This document shows positions 57,363 through 64,000 of a stretch of DNA of 64,000 bases, in pieces. The stretch lies in NCBI GenBank assembly GCA_965240325.2, contig OZ251224.1, positions 248,001-312,000 of the forward strand, written 5' to 3'. The notes under the pieces are model-generated. The model was not told where the DNA came from. It did not search any database and worked only from the letters and a program-made list of their open reading frames with translations. Source of the stretch: Rebecca billardiae RCC1528. Taxonomy: Eukaryota > Protista > Haptophyta. How positions within the stretch are numbered: the first letter of the stretch is position 1; each line of letters begins with the position of its first letter. The position numbers were made by a program, and so were the translations under genes.

Positions 57363-58897
57363 AATTTCATGCTCGGAAGTCCCACAGCGGGACTTCTCCG
57401 AGCTTACAGGATCGCCAGTGAAGACCTCCCGCGCCCCTCGAGATCATACGGAGTTGGCGGCGAGATCGCGCTCTTGCGGCGGCGGCGGGCGGGAGCGCGC
57501 GCCGGCGCTCGCTCGCGCGCTCGCTGCCCGCAGCGCGCGCGTCAGGTCGTCGCGAGCGCTCGCGCACCGGCGCTAGGGCGCGTGCCACCTGCGCACGCCG
57601 CTCGTTCGCGCCTGCGCGCTCCGCTCCGCCGCTGCGGCCCTTGCGAGCGCTCGCCGTGTCCTGCGCCGGTGCTGGGCCGCGTCGAAAGCCTGGTTGTGCG
57701 GCCAGCCAAGTGTGGCGTTTGCGGCTTGGCGCGCGAGCGCGCGACGCAGCGGATGGCGCGTGTGAGCCGCCCAGCCAGCGTCACTCGCCTCGTGCGCCGC
57801 GCGCCGACCGCACGCCCCAGATTCGACGCCGAGCGCTGCTCGGTCACGGTGAGACGGGTCGGCGCTCCGCATCGCAGAGCCGCGCGTGGTCGCGCAGAAG
57901 AGGCCGCGCGTGGCCGGCGCGGCCGCTGTGTGCCGTGGCCCAGACCTCAATCGCGTCCTCAGTTGCTTGCCTTGCCCAAGTGGTCACGCCGCACTCACGA
58001 GTGGGCGACTTGACCTGACCCTGCGTGCCGGGCCGTATCTCATGCCGCCAGCAGTGGGCTCGAACAAATCCATCCTACTCCATTGGTCGACGGCTTCAAG
58101 AACTCGATGGTCATGGTCTAGTAGTGCGCTGATGACACGCGCGCGATCTCCGTGAGCGCAGCTCTTCCATGCAATGGCTTATGTGGCTACGATCGGTGAC
58201 GGCGTGACCTCGAGACACCCGTTCTGAATCCACCTCACGTGTCTGTGTACGGGCAAAAGATTTGTGACTGCTTGGGCGAGGCGAGCGTTCTCACCTGCCG
58301 CGGACGCGATTGAAGTCTGGACCATGGCACACAGCGGCCGCGCCGGCCACGCGCGGCCTCTTCTGCGCGACCACGCGCGGCTCTGCGATGCGGAGCGCCG
58401 ACCCGTCTCACTGTGACCGAGCAGCGCTCGGCGTCGAATCTGGGGCACGCGGTCGGCGCGCGGCGCACGAGGCGAGTGACGCTGGCTGGGCGGCTTACAC
58501 GCGCCATCCGCTGCGTCGCGCGCTCGCGCGCCAAGCCGCAAACGCCACACTTGGCTGGCCGCACAACCAGGCTTTCGACGCGGCCCAGCACCGGCGCAGG
58601 ACACGGCGAGCGCTCGCAAGCGCCGCAGCGGCGGAGCGGAGCGCGCAGGCGCGAACGAGCGGCGTGCGCAGGTGGCACGCGCCCTAGCGCCGGTGCGCGA
58701 GCGCTCGCGACGACCTGACGCGCGCGCTGCGGGCAGCGAGCGCGCGAGCGAGCGCCGGCGCGCGCTCCCGCCCGCCGCCGCCGCAAGAGCGCGATCTCGC
58801 CGCCAACTCCGTATGATCTCGAGGGGCGCGGGAGGTCTTCACTGGCGATCCTGTAAGCTCGGAGAAGTCCCGCTGTGGGACTTCCGAGCATGAAATT
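57363..58897. repeat. Long inverted repeat: arms ~57363-57960 and ~58302-58897, spacer ~0.3 kb
   Basis: Mirror-image ORFs in the track (e.g. 57367-57588 minus = 58672-58893 plus); arms differ by only a few substitutions. Confidence 0.95.
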
Positions 58898-61173
58898 TGG
58901 ACGACTGCGCGGAGAAAAGCGCGTTGGCGCCTTGGCGGGAGGTGAGCAACAGCGGCCGAGCGGGCGGCGTGCGTCCTCGTCGCTGCGCGAGGCGTTCCTC
59001 GGCGGGACGCGTCCGACAGCGATGGGTGCGCCGCCGGCGCTGACGCGATTGCAATACTTCGCGTACGGCCTCGGGCACGTGCAGAACGACGCGTGCGCGA
59101 TCTTGTGGTTCTCCTACGGCCTCTTCTTCCTGCACGAGCTGTGCAACGTGCCGGCGGTGCAGGCAGGGCTGGTCATCTTTGCGGGCCAGATCGCTGACGC
59201 GATCGCGACTCCGCTCGCGGGGATCTTCTCAGGTGCGTGTGCGCGCGGGATGTCTGCGCGCGGCCCACGCGACCACTGCGCATGGATGGGCGCTGTCGTC
59301 GCCCGACCTCCACCTGCGCGGGCTCACCCCGACTCGCGGGCCTTTGCCCCCCGCCGGCCGTGCGCATGCAGACGCGACGCCGCCCTCGACCCTGGGTGGG
59401 CGACGGCTGGTGTGGATTGTGCTGGGCTCGGCGTGCGTGGTGGTCTGCTTCCCGCGCTTCTTCTCGCCGTACGTGGCGGCCACGCCGGTCTGGAGCGCCG
59501 TCGCGGCCTCGCTGTTCAACGTGGGCTGGGCGACGACGCAGGTGGGCCACCTCGCGCTCGCGCCCGACCTCGGCGGCGGTGACTCGACGCAGCTGCTGCT
59601 CTCGGCGATCCGGCAGGTGGCGACGGTGCTCTCATCGCTCGCCTCCTTCGTGCTCGTCCGCGTCAGCCTCGCGCTCCTCGGCCCATCCGCTTCGGCCGAG
59701 GCGTCGGCGCGCGTGTTTCACCAGGTGAGCCTGCAGGTTGTGTACGCGGGCGCGATCAGCACACTCCTGTGTGTGCTGCTCGTGGGCGGCTGGCCGCCGC
59801 GCACGCCCGGGCGGGCGGCGCGGGCGCCGAAGCGCGAGGCGCGCGCGACCAAGTCGAGCAAGCAGCGCGAGGCAAGCGCGAGCGCGGGCGCGCCCGCAGC
59901 CGCCGCGCAGCCCGCCGGGCCGCGCGCGGCCCCGAGGCGGCGCCGCTCGACGGCCGAGCTGGCGGTCACGGCCGCGGCGCCGCTCGGTCAGTGGCTGACC
60001 AAGCGCGTCTTCTGGCACGTCGGGCTGCTGTACACGTGCGCGCGGCTCTCGATCAACCTCACGGCGACGTACATGCCGCTGCTGCTGCTCGAGGTGTGCA
60101 AGCGCTCGGTGGCGGACGTCGCCTCCGTGCCCATCTTGCTCTACCTCTGCCAGGTGCGACGCGCCGCGCGCCTCACCCGCGCGCCTCGCCCGCGCGCCGC
60201 GCGGCCGCGCGCGCGCCGCTGCGCGGGGGCGCCGCTGCGCGGGGGAGGCGCGCGGCCGGTGCCCTCCGTGCGCCCTTGTGGGTGCGCAGGCGGGTGGGCG
60301 CGTCGCGCGCGTTGCGCGCGCCCACCGCCGCGCTGGCCGCGCCGCGCCTGACACCTCTCGCCCTCGCCCCCTGCCCCACGCGCCGCACGCGCCGGACCGG
60401 ACCGGCTGGCGCAGATCCTCGGAGCGATCGCGGCCGAGCGGCTCACGCGGCGCTTCACAAAGCCGCGCGCGCTCGCGGCGCTCATCTGCGCGTCCGCCGC
60501 CGGCAGCCTGGGGCTGCGGCTGCTGCCGCCGAGCGCGTGGATCCCGATTGTGCTCGCGGTGTGCGTGCAGTCGCTCGCCTCCTCCGGCGTCCTCGTCCTC
60601 GTCGTCGCGATGCAGGCGGACGCCGCGCGGCTGTTCCCGCACTACGGCCACGGCTTCTTGTACGGCACGCACTCGATGCTGGACAAGCTCACGTCGGGGG
60701 TGGCGATTGTGCTGCTGCAGCAGCTCGCGCAGCGCTCGGAGGCGCAGGGCGGCGCGCAGGCCGGCGCGACGGGGGAGAACGGGATGGCCGCGCCCGCCGG
60801 CGCCTCGGCGCGCCAGGCGTACGTGATCGGCGCGTGCATCGTGCCCATGTGCGCGGCGGTGGCCGCGGGCGCGCTCGGCGCGCGCGACGCCATCGTCGCG
60901 CCGTGGCCCGCGAGCGAGCCTGCGTCGCGCGCGCACACGCCCCCGCGCACGCCGCCGTTCCCGCTCTCGCCCAAGGGGGCGCCGCAGCCGCCCCTCGACC
61001 TCGAGGGCCGCAGACTGGCCGACGCGGAGCAGGACGTGGACGTGGACGTGGACGTGCTCGAGTACGATAACCTCGACCTCGGCGAGCCGCTGCTGGACGC
61101 GCAGCAGCGCGCGCAGCAGCCGACGGTGGGCGCGGCGTCGGCCGGCGCTCAGGACGGTGCCGCGCGCTTATAA
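58890..61173 (+). CDS. MFS transporter, MFSD12-like (GPH/sugar-cation symporter family; 3 exons)
   Basis: AYGLGHVQNDACAILWFSY, GQIADAIATP..G..SD, LFNVGWATTQVGHLAL, FLYG..SMLDKLTSG; introns 59233-59371 and 60154-60414; start could be 59022. Confidence 0.88.
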
Positions 61174-61627
61174 TGCCGAGGATGCCATTTGCCGTCGCAC
61201 ACGCCGACCGCGGCGGGACGGCCGACTGGGACGTGGCCGGTGCGCCACCGACCCCAGGGCACTCGCCGCCTTTTCATCGCCATCGGGCAGCAGCAGGGGG
61301 CAGCTTCTGAACAGGCCCAATTCCGCCGGTGGGTGGAGCCAGTGGAACACTGGAAGGGTGGACAGGCTGCTGCATGACCGTGACGACTGTGTCTGTGTCA
61401 TCACTGTTACGAGCGGACCGCCGCGGCCGTCGTGGCGTCGTCAGCCGTGACTGCGCGGCCGTGTGCGGTGTGACGCGGTGCGTGGCCGCGCGATGTGGCC
61501 GTGCCGCGTGCGACTCGTGATCCGACGTGATCGCGGAATACCGTCACTGCGAAGTGCGATCGGCGTGACGCTGTGAGTAGGTCCGCCGGACTCCGAGGAC
61601 AATATACTGATGCTTGATATGACTGAG

Positions 61628-64000
61628 TGTCAAAGTCCAAGGCAGCCATCGGCGCCATTCCCCAGCTCGAGACTTTAATTCCAAGGCGCTGAGCAATTTC
61701 AGCCGCCAAGCTGCAGACTTTCATCATGCAATTCAATCGGTTTCACCATTCAAGAGCAAGGCCAACAGCAGCCATTGTTCATGCAATTTACTATACTCCA
61801 AAGATAAGGAGTATCGGCACACACATGAGGTCTTCGGACTACACATCCAAGGGTCCAGGGATTCTTCACCACTTGGGAAGGTGCCCTGAACTGGACCAGA
61901 GACTACCATGCAGTCATCAGAACTTTCTTTTCATTTCGAGGAGACGTCCCGATCATCACAGGAAGCTTTCGTGCAATGGCCCGAAGGCAATCAACGGAAT
62001 TCCGAGAGCATTCCGACCGAGGGAAGCAGGCACACGAAGATTCCAAAATCTTCATTGCCACTTCTACCAACTTTCACTGAACCAAAACTGATCGATCAGC
62101 ACGCAACGCAGGGATGCCCCTGCCACATGCTTCCGCCACGCACGAAGTGCCAATCATGAGCTCATGGGGGCTTCACGGCGGACAACGTGGGAACACACCG
62201 TGCGGACGCGCGCGGTTTCACCCGAACTCGAAGGTCGACATCCGCGAGGATTAGTGACCAACGGCACCACCAGACCGGCGGCGCGGCAGCCAAAGCGCGC
62301 GTCACGCGACCGACCGGAACGCAACCACTCTCGACCTTCGCAGCAGCCGCGAGGCGAGAGGACGCGTACTTCGAACGAGCAGCTGCGCTCGTTCAAGAAC
62401 CTCGACTACCGCTTCGGATATCCCCCGCGGAGCGAGCAAGACCACAACCTCAGCGGCCACGACGGCAAAGCCGAGCGACAACGCGTACTACAGGTCAAGC
62501 GCCGCAAGTGGCGCTTCAAGGTCAACAAGGACTCCAACCACGCACCCGACGACGGGGCGTGGAGAGCGGAGCGCACAGGGCCACCCAGCGCCGCGTCTGC
62601 GCTGCGGGACCCGCTCCAGCAGCGGGGTCACAACCACCAAACCTCGCAACGCGAGGCCAAACGCGGCGCGCGCACGCGCACCGCGCACGCGCAAAGTATC
62701 CCCACGCTGATTCCCAGCGCGCGTCAGACACAGGGACGACAGTCGGCGACCGACTCGATCCCATATGTCCCCTCCTTCACGCTCCAGTTTCTCCCTTCCG
62801 TCTATGCGAGCGGCTGGGACTCTACGCCCGCCAACAAGGGCGCGGCGACAACGCCTAACCAGTGGAGTGAGATTGATGACGATGATCCAGCGTCGTGCCA
62901 GCCATGCGACAATCAGTCGTGCACATCGAGGCATTGCCTTCTTGAGTGCAACATCTGTGGGATGGGCAGAGTCTGCAGCTACCGATGCGCAGACGCCATC
63001 CAAGTTCAGCATCAGCTCGAATGTGAGCAGATCATCCAGTTTGCAGCGATGAACGACGGGATTGACATCGATGATGATGGCATTCACGTCCACCAGCAGG
63101 ACGGACCCGTCGCAGCGGCTGATCGCCGCAGCCTGAGCGTCGTGAATGACGCAGGCGCCAGCCTCGATGATATTTGCCCTCGGCGGCCATCGGGAGGCTT
63201 CATCGCAGCAGCCGCAGAGCGGCAAGGTCACAACTACACAGTTGGAGACTATGTGCGGGAAAGGGACGAGCTTCACCAAAGCAAGTTTGATCTCATGTTC
63301 CATTGTAACGACGCACTCCTACAGCCATATGTCGCATGCTTACTGCACGACGAGTTCTATGGGCTGACTTCTGAAGCAGGCGAGGGACACTCGCCAGCTG
63401 ACGACGGTCCACCTGGACATGGCACAAACTACCCGCCTGCCGCGACTGGCGCCGACAACAGCGCACAGCAGAGCAGCGATGGGGACGAGTCCTCTACGTC
63501 GGACATTGACAGCTATACCACAGCAGAGGACCACATTGAGACAAGCTCGCCCCACGCGTCACCGCGAACGCGCAGAAATGGAAGCGAAGCTTGCACCTAC
63601 TTGCCCGACGCACATGCAATGATGGCTGTGCAGACAAGCCAGCCCGGCGTCGGAAGCTACAAGCTGAATTTCTTCACAATCAAATCGAAAATGGCTATCC
63701 ACGGAGCGATCAAGGACGCAGTCACCGAGGTCAAGGCTTCCTACAAGGGAAGAGCGACCGACACTACGTCGTCCATGGTCACCCTCGTCGAGGCCAGGCT
63801 CTCCGGATACGCGCTGGCCGAGGCAGCCGTGTGGACAGCCGAAAATGCTATTCGGGAACCTTACGCAACCGCATTCGCAAACATGGACGCGGACACCACC
63901 ATCATGCAGATGACGATCGTCTACGAGCGATCGGTGGAAGTACTTTTCAAGCGTATCAAGGACATGATGCTGCCAAGTCTCTTTTCGTACCTCGAGTCGA
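61628..64000 (+). mobile_element. 5' part of a second LTR retrotransposon related to the 15684-19044 element (putative LTR 61628-62127)
   Basis: Starts TGTCAAAG like the first LTR; CCCTGCCACA|TGCT resembles CCCTGACA|TGCT; followed by a gag homolog; second LTR would lie outside the window. Confidence 0.65.
62164..64000 (+). CDS. gag: Gag-like ORF, open to window end (absent from the ORF track because it has no stop)
   Basis: Frame +1 stop-free from 62092; KSKMAIHGAIKDAVTEVKASYKG...LSGY...VYERSVEVLFKRIKDMMLPSLFSYLES aligns with KSKRAVHSAIRDALAEVSTYYKG...LSGF...VYDRSAAAIFKQLKDSIEPQLFAYLES of the first gag. Confidence 0.8.
   Translation, partial: MGASRRTTWEHTVRTRAVSPELEGRHPRGLVTNGTTRPAARQPKRASRDRPERNHSRPSQQPRGERTRTSNEQLRSFKNLDYRFGYPPRSEQDHNLSGHDGKAERQRVLQVKRRKWRFKVNKDSNHAPDDGAWRAERTGPPSAASALRDPLQQRGHNHQTSQREAKRGARTRTAHAQSIPTLIPSARQTQGRQSATDSIPYVPSFTLQFLPSVYASGWDSTPANKGAATTPNQWSEIDDDDPASCQPCDNQSCTSRHCLLECNICGMGRVCSYRCADAIQVQHQLECEQIIQFAAMNDGIDIDDDGIHVHQQDGPVAAADRRSLSVVNDAGASLDDICPRRPSGGFIAAAAERQGHNYTVGDYVRERDELHQSKFDLMFHCNDALLQPYVACLLHDEFYGLTSEAGEGHSPADDGPPGHGTNYPPAATGADNSAQQSSDGDESSTSDIDSYTTAEDHIETSSPHASPRTRRNGSEACTYLPDAHAMMAVQTSQPGVGSYKLNFFTIKSKMAIHGAIKDAVTEVKASYKGRATDTTSSMVTLVEARLSGYALAEAAVWTAENAIREPYATAFANMDADTTIMQMTIVYERSVEVLFKRIKDMMLPSLFSYLES

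Overview
Gene-dense, very GC-rich eukaryotic nuclear DNA. Short GT-AG introns full of (GC)n runs and a signal-peptide-bearing sigma-70 factor point to an alga with a secondary red plastid. A haptophyte such as a Pavlovales species is my inference, not something the sequence proves. About 16 host genes are present: PDZ-fibrillin, sulfotransferase, FAIM-like/TM protein, Sel1-MYND, Rsm22, coiled-coil protein, proline iminopeptidase, anoctamin, DGAT2, RIIa/ropporin-like, Pus10, OSCP1, sigma factor, HAD-IIA phosphatase, SF2 helicase, Stc1-like, a secreted beta-strand protein and an MFSD12-like transporter. Many sit in tight head-to-head pairs. Mobile DNA includes: (i) an apparently intact non-LTR retrotransposon (~32.4-41.4 kb) whose 2159-aa ORF2 joins APE, RT, RNase H, a zinc knuckle and a C-terminal OTU-like protease, followed by a G36 tract and 26 tandem copies of a 25-bp unit; (ii) a gag-only LTR element (15684-19044) and a relative that runs off the window end; (iii) a 2.6-kb non-autonomous TIR element with an exact 8-bp TSD, whose interior is made of (TA)n-bounded modules, two of them starting with a covarying hairpin; (iv) a ~600-bp inverted repeat upstream of the MFS gene. 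All domain calls come from recognising motifs by eye; no database searches were run.
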